Positions 55,367 through 64,000 of a DNA stretch of 64,000 bases are shown piece after piece. The notes beneath the pieces are model-generated. The model did no database searches. It had not been told where the DNA came from and saw only the letters and a program-made list of their open reading frames with translations. This stretch comes from Candidatus Moraniibacteriota bacterium (GTDB lineage: Bacteria; Patescibacteriota; Minisyncoccia; Moranbacterales; UBA11712). Location: NCBI GenBank assembly GCA_030679895.1, contig JAUXSN010000039.1, positions 34,128 to 98,127 on the forward strand, written 5' to 3'. Each line of letters begins with the position of its first letter. Positions within the stretch are counted from its first letter, which is position 1. The position numbers and the translations under genes were made by a program.

Positions 55367-56934
55367 TGCCCACACTAAACTGGATCGGCAAGGAAGCGGT
55401 TGTGAATCATGACAAAGAAGTTCCGTTCAAGCTTCTTCGGAAAGTGAAATCCGCTTCGGTCGGTGAAAATTCGCAAAACTTGATTATGCACGGGGACAAT
55501 CTTGAGGCGCTGAAAGCCCTCATGCCTTTTTATGTTGAAAAAATAAAATGCATATACATTGATCCGCCATATAATACCGGAAATGAAAAATGGGTGTATA
55601 ACGATAAATTAAATTCTCCGAAAGTCAAAAAATGGATAGGAAAAGTCGTCGGGAATGAAAAAGAAGATTTGAGCAGGCATGATAAATGGTTATGCATGAT
55701 ATATCCACGATTAAAATTACTAAAGGATTTACTTAAAGAAGATGGGGTTATATTTATTTCCATTGATGACAATGAACACTGCAATCTTAAACACGCAATG
55801 GATGAAATCTTTGGGGAGGAAAATTTTGTTTGCAATATAATCTGGCAAAAAAAATACTCACCTCAAAATGATGCTAAATATTTCTCTAATATGCACGACT
55901 TTATAGTTGTTTACGCAAAAAAGAAAAATACCAACGGATACATTGGTGGTTGGACAAGAAATCTTATGAATAGAAGCGAGAAGCAAAATGCGAGATATAA
56001 AAATCTCGATGACGATCCAAGGGGAATTTGGAAACCAAGTGATTTATCAGTAAAAACATATTCAGCTTCGACGGATTATCCTATAAAAACTCCAAGCGGA
56101 AGAATTGTTAATCCACCGGCGGGATATTGTTGGCGCGTAACGAAAGAAAAGTTTGAAGAGATGGTAAAAGATAATCGCATATGGTTTGGAAAAGAAAAAA
56201 GCAATGTTCCATCAATCAAACGATTTTTATCTGATGTTCAGCAAGGAATCGTTCCAAGCACAATTTGGTTCAGAGAAGATGTCGGAGATAATCAAGAAGC
56301 AAGCAAAGAAATAAAAGAATTATTCAAGGATTCTGATTTTCCATTTGAAACACCGAAGCCAGTTCGACTGATAAAGCGTATCATTGAAATAGCCTCACAA
56401 AATGGCGATATTTTTCTAGATTCTTTCGCCGGCTCTGGCACAACCGGACACGCGGTTTTAGATTTGAATAAGGAAGACGGCGGGAATCGAAAATTTATTT
56501 TAGTTGAAATGGAGGATAAAGTCGCGAAAGATATTACTGCCGAAAGAGTGAAAAGAGCGATCAAGAAATACGATTATAAAGACGGTTTTGAATATTGTGA
56601 ATTGGACAAGCCGCTGTTCAACGAACACGGAAATATTGAAGGGACGTGCGACTTCAGCCAATTCGCGACCTATATTTATTTCACCGAAACGCAGACAAAC
56701 ATCGACAAGAAAAAAATCAAAGGCAATCTTGTCGGAGAATATAACAATGTTGATTATTATTTGATCTATAAAGGAAAAAATAAAAATGTTTTGGACAAAG
56801 CATTTTTGAAAAAAATAAAGAAAAGCGAGAATAAAAAAGTCATCTATGCAGATTGGTGTTCGATTGACGATGATATTTTGGAAAAATACAATATTGAGTT
56901 CAAGCAAATTCCTTATGAAGTAAAAGTTTATTAA
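55366..56934 (+). CDS. mod: Type III restriction-modification DNA methyltransferase (Mod; N6-adenine, beta-class)
   Basis: HGDNLEALKAL is followed by DPPYNTG (motif IV), and then DSFAGSGTTGHAV (motif I) lies C-terminal to it. This IV-then-I order is beta-class. A Res helicase-nuclease gene starts 2 nt downstream. Confidence 0.75.
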   Translation: MPTLNWIGKEAVVNHDKEVPFKLLRKVKSASVGENSQNLIMHGDNLEALKALMPFYVEKIKCIYIDPPYNTGNEKWVYNDKLNSPKVKKWIGKVVGNEKEDLSRHDKWLCMIYPRLKLLKDLLKEDGVIFISIDDNEHCNLKHAMDEIFGEENFVCNIIWQKKYSPQNDAKYFSNMHDFIVVYAKKKNTNGYIGGWTRNLMNRSEKQNARYKNLDDDPRGIWKPSDLSVKTYSASTDYPIKTPSGRIVNPPAGYCWRVTKEKFEEMVKDNRIWFGKEKSNVPSIKRFLSDVQQGIVPSTIWFREDVGDNQEASKEIKELFKDSDFPFETPKPVRLIKRIIEIASQNGDIFLDSFAGSGTTGHAVLDLNKEDGGNRKFILVEMEDKVAKDITAERVKRAIKKYDYKDGFEYCELDKPLFNEHGNIEGTCDFSQFATYIYFTETQTNIDKKKIKGNLVGEYNNVDYYLIYKGKNKNVLDKAFLKKIKKSENKKVIYADWCSIDDDILEKYNIEFKQIPYEVKVY

Positions 56935-56935
56935 T

Positions 56936-59197
56936 ATGCAACTAAAAAAATACCAGCAAAAAGCCATTGAGAATCTCAGCGAATATTTAAAAAGGGTCGA
57001 GGAAACCGATCCAAAGACGGCTTTTATTTATGCCGCTGAAATGCCCTATAATTCCGATTTTTACGGCGACGTTCCTTTTGTTTGCGTGAAAATTCCAACC
57101 GGCGGCGGAAAAACTTTAGTCGCTTGCCATGCGGTCGCGAAGATTATGCAGACAATTCTCAAAAACAAAATGGATCGGGGAATTGTGATGTGGTTTGTGC
57201 CGTCTGAAGCCATAAAAAGCCAAACACTTCGAAAACTGAAAGACAGAACCGATTGGCACAGAAAAGCTCTGGATGAAGCTTTTGAAAATAAAGTTAGAAT
57301 TTTTTCTAACGAAGAAGCCTTGCGAATCAGGAAAGAGGATGTTTCCGACAATATTTGCGTTGTCATTTCCAGCTTGGACGCTTTTCGGAAAGAAAAGCAG
57401 AAGCGGGGAAAATATAAAGTATATCAGGAAAACGGGTCGCTCTTGAGCCATTTTGAGAATATGAAAGATGATAAGGCTTTGGAAAAAGACGAGCAGAAAA
57501 CAGTCATCAATTCCTTGGCGAATGTTGTCCGAATGAGCAACCCTCTTGTTGTTCTTGATGAGGGCCAACGAGTGCAATCCTTCATTTCAATCGAATTTAT
57601 CAAAGACTTAAATCCAAGCTTTATTATTGAATACACTGCGACTCCTCGAAGCGGAAGCAATATTTTGGTGGATATTCATTCCGGAGAATTGAAAGAAGAA
57701 GAAATGGTGAAAATCCCGATAGTTCTTGAAAGTTCGCTGCATTGGGAGCAATCAACCGAGGCGGGAATAAAAAAACGAAAAGAGCTCGAAAAAATTGTCA
57801 AAAAAAGCGGGGAATATATCCGTCCGATTGCTCTTTTCCAAGCCGAGCAGGAAAAAGAAAGTGAAAAAAAGATAACCGTTGGAAAGATAAAAGAATTTTT
57901 GATGAAAGCAGGAATTCATGAAGACGAAATCGCAATCAAGACTGCGAGCCGCAATGATATTGAAAACGTCAATCTTTTCAGCAAAAAGTGCAAAATAAAA
58001 TATATTATTACCGTTAATGCTCTGGCAGAAGGTTGGGACTGCTCTTTTGCTTACATTTTGGTTTCGGTTGCCAATATTGGCTCAAAAATTGCTGTGGAGC
58101 AGATAATCGGCCGGATTATGCGGATGCCGAATGCCAAGAGAAAGAAAGACGAAGATTTGAACAGATGCTATGTTTTTGCTTCGGCTAGAAATTTCAACGA
58201 AGCAGCCAATCAAATAATTTCCGGACTTGAGAAAAATGGATACAGCCGCGGCGATGTTATCAACGCCAACCAAAAAAATCAGAAAGACGAGTTTGTGATC
58301 GAAAGAAGGGTTCGAAAAGATTTTTCTGTTCCTATTATGTCCCTTGAGGGCGATAAATTATCTTTCGAAGATTTGGTTGGTGAAAATTTTGAACTTGCCA
58401 AGCAAAACCATGAGTTTGAATTCACGACGCACTATGACAGCGATGGCAGGGCAATTATTGATATTAAAGATGACAAATGGGTGCGAGGCATTCAGCAAAA
58501 TTTGAATTTGAATTATGGCGACAAAAATTTCACGAAAGTCGAGCTGGTCAACTGGCTGGACCGAAAACTTCACTTCACAATTCTTGAGCAGAAAGACAAG
58601 AGGGCTTTTCTTGAAAAGGCTGTTGATTATCAGCTGAAAAGTTTCAGCGTTACGGATCTTTCGGTCAATCGCTATGTTTTTATGGCAAGATTGGACGAAG
58701 TAATTCACAATCTTTTGGAGGAATACGCCAAGAAAAGGTTTGATAAATTTATTGCCAATAAGAAAATTATCTTGAAAAATTTTGATAAATTTCCGGAAAA
58801 AATAATCATCAATCAGGAAATTCCGGAGGAATTCGGCAAAAACTATTATCAAAAGATTGATAAACTGAATAAAGAGGAATTATCTTTCATTGAGAGAATT
58901 GACCTTGATTCTTTGCCGAATGTAGAATTTTGGATCAGAAATCGTGAAAAGAAAGACCCTTTTTATATCCAAGGATGGCGAAAAGGAAAATTCTATCCCG
59001 ATTTTGTTGTACTCACGAAAAAAGGAAACATTGTGGCTTGCGAGTGGAAAGGCGAGGATAGAATCAGCAATGATGATACGAAATACAAGGAAGAAATCGG
59101 AAAAATTTGGGAAAGTTTAGGAAAAGGGAAAACGCATTTCTTTCTGGCGAACAATAAAAATGTCGAGGAAGTTTTGAGTGGGATAAAAAAATTGTAG
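56936..59197 (+). CDS. res: Type III restriction enzyme Res subunit (SF2 helicase + PD-(D/E)xK nuclease)
   Basis: The helicase motifs are IPTGGGKT (motif I), VLDEGQR (motif II) and QIIGRIMR (motif VI). The C-terminal region has IDLD...EFWIRN...YPDFVV...EWKGE, which is nuclease-like. Confidence 0.7.
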   Translation: MQLKKYQQKAIENLSEYLKRVEETDPKTAFIYAAEMPYNSDFYGDVPFVCVKIPTGGGKTLVACHAVAKIMQTILKNKMDRGIVMWFVPSEAIKSQTLRKLKDRTDWHRKALDEAFENKVRIFSNEEALRIRKEDVSDNICVVISSLDAFRKEKQKRGKYKVYQENGSLLSHFENMKDDKALEKDEQKTVINSLANVVRMSNPLVVLDEGQRVQSFISIEFIKDLNPSFIIEYTATPRSGSNILVDIHSGELKEEEMVKIPIVLESSLHWEQSTEAGIKKRKELEKIVKKSGEYIRPIALFQAEQEKESEKKITVGKIKEFLMKAGIHEDEIAIKTASRNDIENVNLFSKKCKIKYIITVNALAEGWDCSFAYILVSVANIGSKIAVEQIIGRIMRMPNAKRKKDEDLNRCYVFASARNFNEAANQIISGLEKNGYSRGDVINANQKNQKDEFVIERRVRKDFSVPIMSLEGDKLSFEDLVGENFELAKQNHEFEFTTHYDSDGRAIIDIKDDKWVRGIQQNLNLNYGDKNFTKVELVNWLDRKLHFTILEQKDKRAFLEKAVDYQLKSFSVTDLSVNRYVFMARLDEVIHNLLEEYAKKRFDKFIANKKIILKNFDKFPEKIIINQEIPEEFGKNYYQKIDKLNKEELSFIERIDLDSLPNVEFWIRNREKKDPFYIQGWRKGKFYPDFVVLTKKGNIVACEWKGEDRISNDDTKYKEEIGKIWESLGKGKTHFFLANNKNVEEVLSGIKKL

Positions 59198-59236
59198 ACT
59201 TTCCTTACACTTAGTAAACCACAATAATCCGGAAAA

Positions 59237-59290
59237 GCGCGCCGATGAACGAAAAGAGGGTGGAAATTGAGATAAAATAGCGATTGGGGG
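59237..59290. repeat. Right copy of 54-bp direct repeat
   Basis: Identical to 52407-52460 except T to C at position 14. It retains the ...APMNEKRVEIEIK* coding remnant. Confidence 0.85.
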
Positions 59291-59320
59291 CGCTATTTCC
59301 GCCTGTTGGGATAGTCTGGG

Positions 59321-59350
59321 TTGACAAAAAAAAATAAAACCGTTAATATA
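59321..59350 (+). promoter_or_regulatory. Candidate sigma70-type promoter for the infA-rpmJ-rpsM operon (TTGACA-17-TAATAT)
   Basis: TTGACA at 59321-59326 and TAATAT at 59344-59349 are 17 nt apart. Confidence 0.45.
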
Positions 59351-59482
59351 CATAAAGAGATCAAAAAAAGCCGAAAAATACAGTCATTCAAGCAATCGGA
59401 TTGAAGTGCCCTATAAAATCGCTTTTAAAAAAGCAGGGCATTGGCCTTTGTTTTAATATTGGGCGTTTCAGACAACGCAACT

Positions 59483-59701
59483 ATGTCAAAAGAGAAAGAA
59501 ATTATAAAACTTCAGGGCTTGGTCAAGGAGACTCTGCCCAATACAACCTTTCGGGTTGAACTGGAAAACGGCCATGAGATACTGGCCCATATATCAGGCC
59601 GAATGAGGGTGAATTATATCCGGCTTCTCCCCGGTGACGGGGTTATGGTTGAAATGAGTCCGTATGATCTTACTAAAGGAAGAATAGTCAAAAGATTGTA
59701 A
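59483..59701 (+). CDS. infA: Translation initiation factor IF-1
   Basis: [69 protein letters not shown] is a canonical IF-1 S1-fold sequence. The start was set at the internal Met, because the track start at 59441 adds 14 non-conserved residues. Confidence 0.8.
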   Translation: MSKEKEIIKLQGLVKETLPNTTFRVELENGHEILAHISGRMRVNYIRLLPGDGVMVEMSPYDLTKGRIVKRL

Positions 59702-59716
59702 TTTACAGAAAATTTT

Positions 59717-59830
59717 ATGAAAGTTCGCGCGTCCGTCAAAAAAATTTGTAATAAATGCAAAGTCATAAAAAGGAAAGGAAAACTTTTTGTTATTTGCAGT
59801 GTGCCAAAACACAAGCAAAGGCAAGGATAA
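59717..59830 (+). CDS. rpmJ: 50S ribosomal protein L36 (below ORF-track cutoff)
   Basis: The translation [37 protein letters not shown] is a canonical L36 zinc ribbon. Confidence 0.85.
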   Translation: MKVRASVKKICNKCKVIKRKGKLFVICSVPKHKQRQG

Positions 59831-59849
59831 TTTTTACGCGACATAGTTT

Positions 59850-60239
59850 ATGGCAAGAATCGCCGGGGTATCCATACCTGATGACAAAAGAATAGAAATT
59901 TCCCTGACTTACATACACGGGATAGGGAAATCAAGAAGCGGCAAAATACTGGCTGCTTTAAAATTGGATCCGAACACGAGAGCTAAGGATCTTGACGAAA
60001 GCGTGGTTAACAGCCTGAAGGATTATATTGAGAAAAATTTTACCATCGAAGGCGAACTGAAGCATCAAAAACAGACGAATATAAAAAGATTGAAAGATAT
60101 CGGATGCTATCGCGGAACGAGACATATGAAAGGATTGCCGGTACGAGGGCAAAGGACAAAGACCAACACAAGAACGGTCCGCGGCAATATCAGAAAGACG
60201 GCCGGAAGCGGACGAAAATCGTCAACGGAAAAAACGTAG
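59850..60239 (+). CDS. rpsM: 30S ribosomal protein S13
   Basis: [30 protein letters not shown]...[15 protein letters not shown] is present. Confidence 0.9.
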   Translation: MARIAGVSIPDDKRIEISLTYIHGIGKSRSGKILAALKLDPNTRAKDLDESVVNSLKDYIEKNFTIEGELKHQKQTNIKRLKDIGCYRGTRHMKGLPVRGQRTKTNTRTVRGNIRKTAGSGRKSSTEKT

Positions 60240-60272
60240 TCTCTGCGAATTTATTTGTAAAATTTTTAAATA

Positions 60273-60818
60273 GTGACCAAGAAAGAAGAGAAAATCAATA
60301 ATAAACCGGAACTAATTGATGAAAAATCAGAGGTTGTTGTTATTGAAAAAAACGCGGCGGAAGTAAAGAAAGATGCTGGAAAAAAAGAATCCGCCTCTTC
60401 GGCGGACATGGCGGAAGGGGAAACCGCGGAAAAGAAACCGATTGTCAAGAAAAAGAAAAAAATTCGCCGGCAGATTCTCAAAGGCCAGGCTCATGTAAAA
60501 TGCAGTTATAACAACACAATCGTCGCTTTTTCGGATCTTAGCGGAAAAATTTTATCCTGGTGCAGCGCCGGATCGCTCGGATTCAAGGGGGCGAAAAAAG
60601 CGACTCCTTATGCCGCCACTCAAATAGTGAACACGGCCGCTGAAAAGGTCGCGAAATACGGATTGCGCGACATTGATGTTTACGTAAAAGGGGTGGGATC
60701 AGGAAGGGAAGCTTCAATCAGGGCTCTGGCTAACAATGATTTTGAGATAACATTAATTAAGGACATAACCCCGATTCCGCATAACGGATGCCGGCCTAGA
60801 AAACCGAGAAGGGTATAA
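60273..60818 (+). CDS. rpsK: 30S ribosomal protein S11 with ~50-aa K/E-rich N-terminal extension
   Basis: The core GQAHVKCSYNNTIVAFSDLSGKILSWCSAGSLGFKGAKKATPYAA...RPRKPRRV is present. The alternative start at Met46 (60408) would remove most of the extension. Confidence 0.8.
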   Translation: MTKKEEKINNKPELIDEKSEVVVIEKNAAEVKKDAGKKESASSADMAEGETAEKKPIVKKKKKIRRQILKGQAHVKCSYNNTIVAFSDLSGKILSWCSAGSLGFKGAKKATPYAATQIVNTAAEKVAKYGLRDIDVYVKGVGSGREASIRALANNDFEITLIKDITPIPHNGCRPRKPRRV

Positions 60819-60825
60819 AAAAATA

Positions 60826-61464
60826 ATGAGCAGTAATTCCAATAAAAAATGCCGGCTTTGCCGCCGAGCCAAAGAAAAGCTTTTTTTGAAAGGCGATCGT
60901 TGCGGCACGCCTAAATGCGCCATGGTTCGGCGCGCTTATCCGCCCGGCGTCCACGGAGCCAAAGGAAAGAAAGCGCTTAGCGAATTCGGCCAGCAGCTTC
61001 TTATGAAGCAAAAAATCAAAAGGATATATAATGTCCTGGAGAGGCAGTTCAAGAAATATTTTAAAGAAGTCCAGAATAAACCGGGTGTTACCGGAGATTT
61101 ATTGCTGCAAAAACTGGAAATGAGGCTTGATAACGCGGTCTATAGAGCAGGTCTGGCAGCGAGCAGAAGGCAAGCCCGCCAAATTGTTATGCATTCCCAT
61201 TTTTTTGTTAACGGCAAGCGAGTGAATATACCGTCTTATGAAGTGAAAGCCGGGGATCTAGTGGAAGTGAAGCAAAATAAGATAAATAAAGGATATTTTC
61301 TCAAAACAGCCGAGATCCTAAAAGGCAAGAAAGGGATGAAATTGCCTTCCTGGTTCGAAGTGAATACTGAAAAAATGTCGATTTTGATCAAGTCAAAACC
61401 CGCCAAGGAGGATTTGAATATAGATGTTGACGCCCAAATGGTAGTTGAATATTATTCAAGATAA
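60826..61464 (+). CDS. rpsD: 30S ribosomal protein S4
   Basis: The CRLCRRAKEKLFLKGDRCGTPKC zinc finger and the S4 domain (LDNAVYRAGLAASRRQARQIV) are present. Confidence 0.9.
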   Translation: MSSNSNKKCRLCRRAKEKLFLKGDRCGTPKCAMVRRAYPPGVHGAKGKKALSEFGQQLLMKQKIKRIYNVLERQFKKYFKEVQNKPGVTGDLLLQKLEMRLDNAVYRAGLAASRRQARQIVMHSHFFVNGKRVNIPSYEVKAGDLVEVKQNKINKGYFLKTAEILKGKKGMKLPSWFEVNTEKMSILIKSKPAKEDLNIDVDAQMVVEYYSR

Positions 61465-61488
61465 CTCTAAATTGCTTAAGATAAAAAA

Positions 61489-62475
61489 ATGATAAAGGTA
61501 TCAATGCCCAAAAAACCAAGCTATATTGAAATTCGTGACAATATGGCAAAAATTGAAATAGACGGCTGCTATCCCGGATACGGAACAACGCTGGGAAACG
61601 CGATAAGGCGGGCTCTTTTATCATCGCTTACCGGAGCGGCCGTGACATCGGTTAAGATCAAGGGAGTTTCGCATGAATTTTCGACTCTTCCCGGAGTGCT
61701 GGAGGATGTTATCCAGATAATATTGAATCTCAAAAAAGTGAGGTTTAGGGTCCACAAGGATGAACCGATAAAACTTACGCTCAAGGAAAAAGGGATAAAA
61801 GAAATTACAGCCGCTCATATCCAGTGTCCGGCCGACGCGGAGGTTGTTAACAAAGAGATGCCCATAGCCACCATCACCGACAAAAAAGGAGAACTGGAAA
61901 TAGAAATCGAAGTGCAAAAAGGCCTGGGTTATGTGCCGGTCGAACAGCAAGAAAGAGAAAAAAAGGAGATCGGGCTGATTGCTATCGATGCTATTTACAC
62001 CCCGATAAGGAGAGTCAATTATACGGTCGAGAACACGCGTGTCGGAAAAAGAACTGACTATGACAAAATAACGTTTGAAGTTGAAACAGACGGAACGATA
62101 TCTCCCAAAGAGGCATTTGAGAAAGCGATGCAAATAATCATTGAACAATTTGAAGCAGTGAGCAGTTTCGAAGAGGAAACAAAAAAGCAGGAGAAAAACA
62201 TAAAGCCGGAAGAGACGGGGGAAAAGGATCTGGAGGAAACAGCAAGGAAATCGAAAGAAGAGTCGGATAAGGGCGACGTAATGGCCAAAAGAGTTGAAAC
62301 AATCGCTTTTTCCACAAGAACGGCAAATGTGCTGGAGAAAAATAATATTGAAACAGTTGCTGATCTGGTTGAATTAAGCGAAGAAGATCTGATGGAAATG
62401 GAAGGCATGGGAGGAAAAGGAGCGAAAGAAATTAAAAAAGCGATCGGAAATTTCGGACTAACATTGAAGTCATAA
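61489..62475 (+). CDS. rpoA: DNA-directed RNA polymerase alpha subunit
   Basis: The N-terminal domain (GYGTTLGNAIRRALLSSLTGAAVTSVKIKGVSHEFSTLPGV) and the C-terminal alpha-CTD helix-hairpin-helix (TANVLEKNNIETVADLVELSEEDLMEMEGMG) are present. Confidence 0.9.
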   Translation: MIKVSMPKKPSYIEIRDNMAKIEIDGCYPGYGTTLGNAIRRALLSSLTGAAVTSVKIKGVSHEFSTLPGVLEDVIQIILNLKKVRFRVHKDEPIKLTLKEKGIKEITAAHIQCPADAEVVNKEMPIATITDKKGELEIEIEVQKGLGYVPVEQQEREKKEIGLIAIDAIYTPIRRVNYTVENTRVGKRTDYDKITFEVETDGTISPKEAFEKAMQIIIEQFEAVSSFEEETKKQEKNIKPEETGEKDLEETARKSKEESDKGDVMAKRVETIAFSTRTANVLEKNNIETVADLVELSEEDLMEMEGMGGKGAKEIKKAIGNFGLTLKS

Positions 62476-62479
62476 CAGG

Positions 62480-62857
62480 ATGAAGCATCTAAAAAAGGTC
62501 AGAAAATTTAGCCGGGAGAAAAAGCAGAGAGAAGCAATGCTGAAAACTATGCTGGGAAGCTTTATTTTGAAAGAAAAAATCACAACAACGGAAGCGAAAG
62601 CGAAAGAGCTGAAAAGAATATGCGACCGGCTGTTTGGAAAAGCCGTAAAAGCGATTTCTCAAGGAGAAAAAAAAGACAAACTGGCGGCTCTGCGGCTTTT
62701 GTCTTCCCGCCTGCCGAGAAATATCAGGGTTGATAAGATAAGAAAACTAGCCGAAAGTTTTTCCGCGAAGAAAAGCGGTTTTACCAGAATAATAAAAAAA
62801 GGAGCCCGGCGTTCGGACAGCGCGAAAATGGCAATAATCGAAATAATCAAGGATTAA
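62480..62857 (+). CDS. rplQ: 50S ribosomal protein L17
   Basis: MKHLKKVRKFSREKKQREAMLKTMLGSFI...TTEAKAKELKRICDRL is present. Confidence 0.85.
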   Translation: MKHLKKVRKFSREKKQREAMLKTMLGSFILKEKITTTEAKAKELKRICDRLFGKAVKAISQGEKKDKLAALRLLSSRLPRNIRVDKIRKLAESFSAKKSGFTRIIKKGARRSDSAKMAIIEIIKD

Positions 62858-62880
62858 TTCACCAAGACGTTTATCTTTTT

Positions 62881-63297
62881 ATGAAAAGCAAGAAACCAAA
62901 AGCATCAAGAAAATATTTCCTTTTTGACTGCGATGATTTTATCCTCGGAAGAATGTCGACGCGAGCCGCTTTCCTTCTACAAGGGAAGCATAAACCCGAT
63001 TATCTCCCGAATAACGACCAAGGCGATTTTGTTGTGGTGATAAACAGCGACAGAGTCCGTGTTACCGGGAATAAACAGGAAAAGAAGATGTACCATTCTT
63101 TTTCCGGTTATCCGGGAGGGATTACGTCCCGCACGCTGAAAGACAAGATAAAGCTGGATTCACGCGAAGTTATATCCGGATCGATCTATGGCATGCTGCC
63201 GAAAAATAAGCTAAGAGACCGGATGATGAAAAGGCTTCTGATATTCAAAGATAAGGAGCATGGCCTCAAGGAGAAACTGGAAATAATAGATAACTAA
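62881..63297 (+). CDS. rplM: 50S ribosomal protein L13
   Basis: ILGRMSTRAAFLLQGKHKPDYLPNNDQGDFVVVINSDRVRVTGNK...GMLPKNKL is present. Confidence 0.85.
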   Translation: MKSKKPKASRKYFLFDCDDFILGRMSTRAAFLLQGKHKPDYLPNNDQGDFVVVINSDRVRVTGNKQEKKMYHSFSGYPGGITSRTLKDKIKLDSREVISGSIYGMLPKNKLRDRMMKRLLIFKDKEHGLKEKLEIIDN

Positions 63298-63317
63298 CTA
63301 GCGGTTAATAATTACCA

Positions 63318-63743
63318 ATGGCGGAAAAAAAAGAATCAAACAAGTATTTTAAAGGGATCGGCCGGAGAAAATCATCTGTGGCGCAAGTCAGGCTTTTTGT
63401 TTCTCCGGGAAAGAAATCTTCTCCGGGAGATATTTCAATCAATGGGCGGGCAGTTAATGATTTTTTCGGGTTAAGCGAGCTTCGAAGTATCGCCTCTATA
63501 GCCCTGGAGAGCGTTGGGACGACGTCAGCCTTCAAAGTGACTGTAAACGTAAAAGGAGGCGGAATACGCGGCCAGGCGGAGGCTATTCGCCTGGGAATCG
63601 CGCGAGCTCTGGTCGTCTTCGACGAATCCTTCAAAAAACCGCTGCGAGACCTCGGATATTTAACGAGGGACGCGAGGATTGTGGAAAGAAAAAAACCGGG
63701 CCTCAAAAAAGCGAGAAGAGCTCCACAGTGGGCCAAACGATAA
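63318..63743 (+). CDS. rpsI: 30S ribosomal protein S9
   Basis: YFKGIGRRKSSVAQVRLF...GGGIRGQAEAIRLGIARAL...DARIVERKKPGLKKARRAPQWAKR is present. Confidence 0.9.
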   Translation: MAEKKESNKYFKGIGRRKSSVAQVRLFVSPGKKSSPGDISINGRAVNDFFGLSELRSIASIALESVGTTSAFKVTVNVKGGGIRGQAEAIRLGIARALVVFDESFKKPLRDLGYLTRDARIVERKKPGLKKARRAPQWAKR

Positions 63744-63766
63744 CTCTTTTTTTCGTGTCTTACTCA

Positions 63767-63797
63767 AAGCCTCATCCCCGCGGTGAGGCTTCTTTTA
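63767..63797 (+). terminator. Rho-independent terminator after rpsI (aagcctcaccgcggggatgaggctt-like hairpin + T-run)
   Basis: The stem aagcctca/tgaggctt encloses the loop tccccgcgg and is followed by ttttattt. Confidence 0.65.
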
Positions 63798-63807
63798 TTT
63801 GAACTTT

Positions 63808-63827
63808 CCTAACATTGAATGTTAGGG
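63808..63827. repeat. REP palindrome cctaacattgaatgttaggg
   Basis: A perfect 9-bp inverted repeat. Compared with the copy at 15760 the loop is inverted (C/G centre), i.e. the opposite orientation. Confidence 0.75.
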
Positions 63828-64000
63828 TAATATTAAATTTACTCAAAATTACCCTCCAAAGAAGCCAGTTTTTTCGGGCAGTTGCATTTGAAACAAAGTA
63901 TTCGCGGAGTTTCCGCTGCCTGTAAAATAATAGTATTCATTTCTTGAATCATAAGCCGCCGGAAAAATGTCCAGATTGTTTTCGAAAATATTTGCCGAGA

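Larger units (their letters stand above)
52461..59236. mobile_element. Putative integrated island (6.8 kb, very AT-rich) bounded by 54-bp direct repeats; cargo = ClpP/S49-class protease, three unknown proteins, Type III R-M; no integrase inside
   Basis: The flanking direct repeats duplicate a gene's 3' end, which is an att-site signature. The island's GC is visibly lower than its surroundings. A ribosomal-protein operon follows immediately. Confidence 0.6.

Noticed and set aside
1-64000. CRISPR arrays, integrases, rRNA genes
   Set aside because: I scanned for regularly spaced short direct repeats, for tyrosine/serine recombinase motifs and for rRNA signatures and found none. The only recombinase-like gene is the RAYT.

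Overview
This 64 kb window is low-GC bacterial chromosomal DNA whose gene content suggests a small-genome monoderm, possibly CPR/Patescibacteria-like. That lineage call is inference from hypothetical secreted proteins, SipW/TasA-type signal peptides, extended ribosomal proteins and weak Shine-Dalgarno sites. The plus strand carries most genes. In order, the window contains:

- **1-5336:** an exopolysaccharide module with a 5'-truncated processive GT2 synthase followed by a 1094-aa heparinase II/III-like plus CE4 deacetylase fusion.
- **5842-10871:** a TasA/SipW-type fibre operon with two TasA-like subunits, a SipW signal peptidase, a 668-aa protein with a lamin-tail domain, and a membrane-anchored TasA-like protein.
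- **10900-17431:** an accessory array in which single genes are separated by three families of short structured repeats. The genes are a RelA/SpoT-domain small-alarmone-synthetase-like protein with a long coiled-coil tail, a secreted caspase-like peptidase, a zeta-toxin-like kinase with a small downstream ORF, and two L,D-transpeptidase paralogs. The repeat families are REP-like CCTAA..TTAGG palindromes, a 'ttcgccaaggtcgaaccttggcgggaaa' hairpin, and a 'caagaaaaacaacccc..ggggttgttttt' terminator.
- **17662-18984:** tRNA-Thr(GGU), rpmG (L33, absent from the ORF track) and tRNA-Trp(CCA).
- **19846-24696:** a MacAB-like efflux operon with an adaptor, an ATPase and two FtsX permeases, bounded by low-complexity inverted repeats.
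- **24701-25425:** a REP-associated tyrosine transposase (RAYT, IS200-like HuH) flanked by inverted REPs of the same CCTAA..TTAGG family, with a third copy inside its own ORF.
- **~25430-26780 and ~29400-32400:** two conspicuously GC-rich segments that look foreign to the local composition.
- **26848-29036, then 33746-45119:** a rhamnose-containing polysaccharide locus (DUF4012, two Wzz-like proteins, a Wzy-like polymerase, three GT4 transferases, rfbCBDA, galU, a TIG-repeat protein). The second GC-rich insert interrupts it.
- **46139-52450:** a PGRP-type amidase, an FtsA-like protein and a 653-aa membrane protein.
- **52461-59236:** a 6.8 kb AT-rich island bracketed by 54-bp direct repeats that duplicate the 3' end of gene 50489-52450. 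It carries a ClpP/S49-class SDH-like serine protease, three unknown proteins (one with two TM helices) and a Type III R-M system (mod, res).
- **59483-63743:** the infA-rpmJ-rpsM-rpsK-rpsD-rpoA-rplQ-rplM-rpsI ribosomal operon, followed by a terminator and another REP.

The best candidates for undescribed biology are the direct-repeat-bounded island with its protease, unknown proteins and Type III R-M, and the repeat-delimited toxin-like cassette array tied to a REP/RAYT system.
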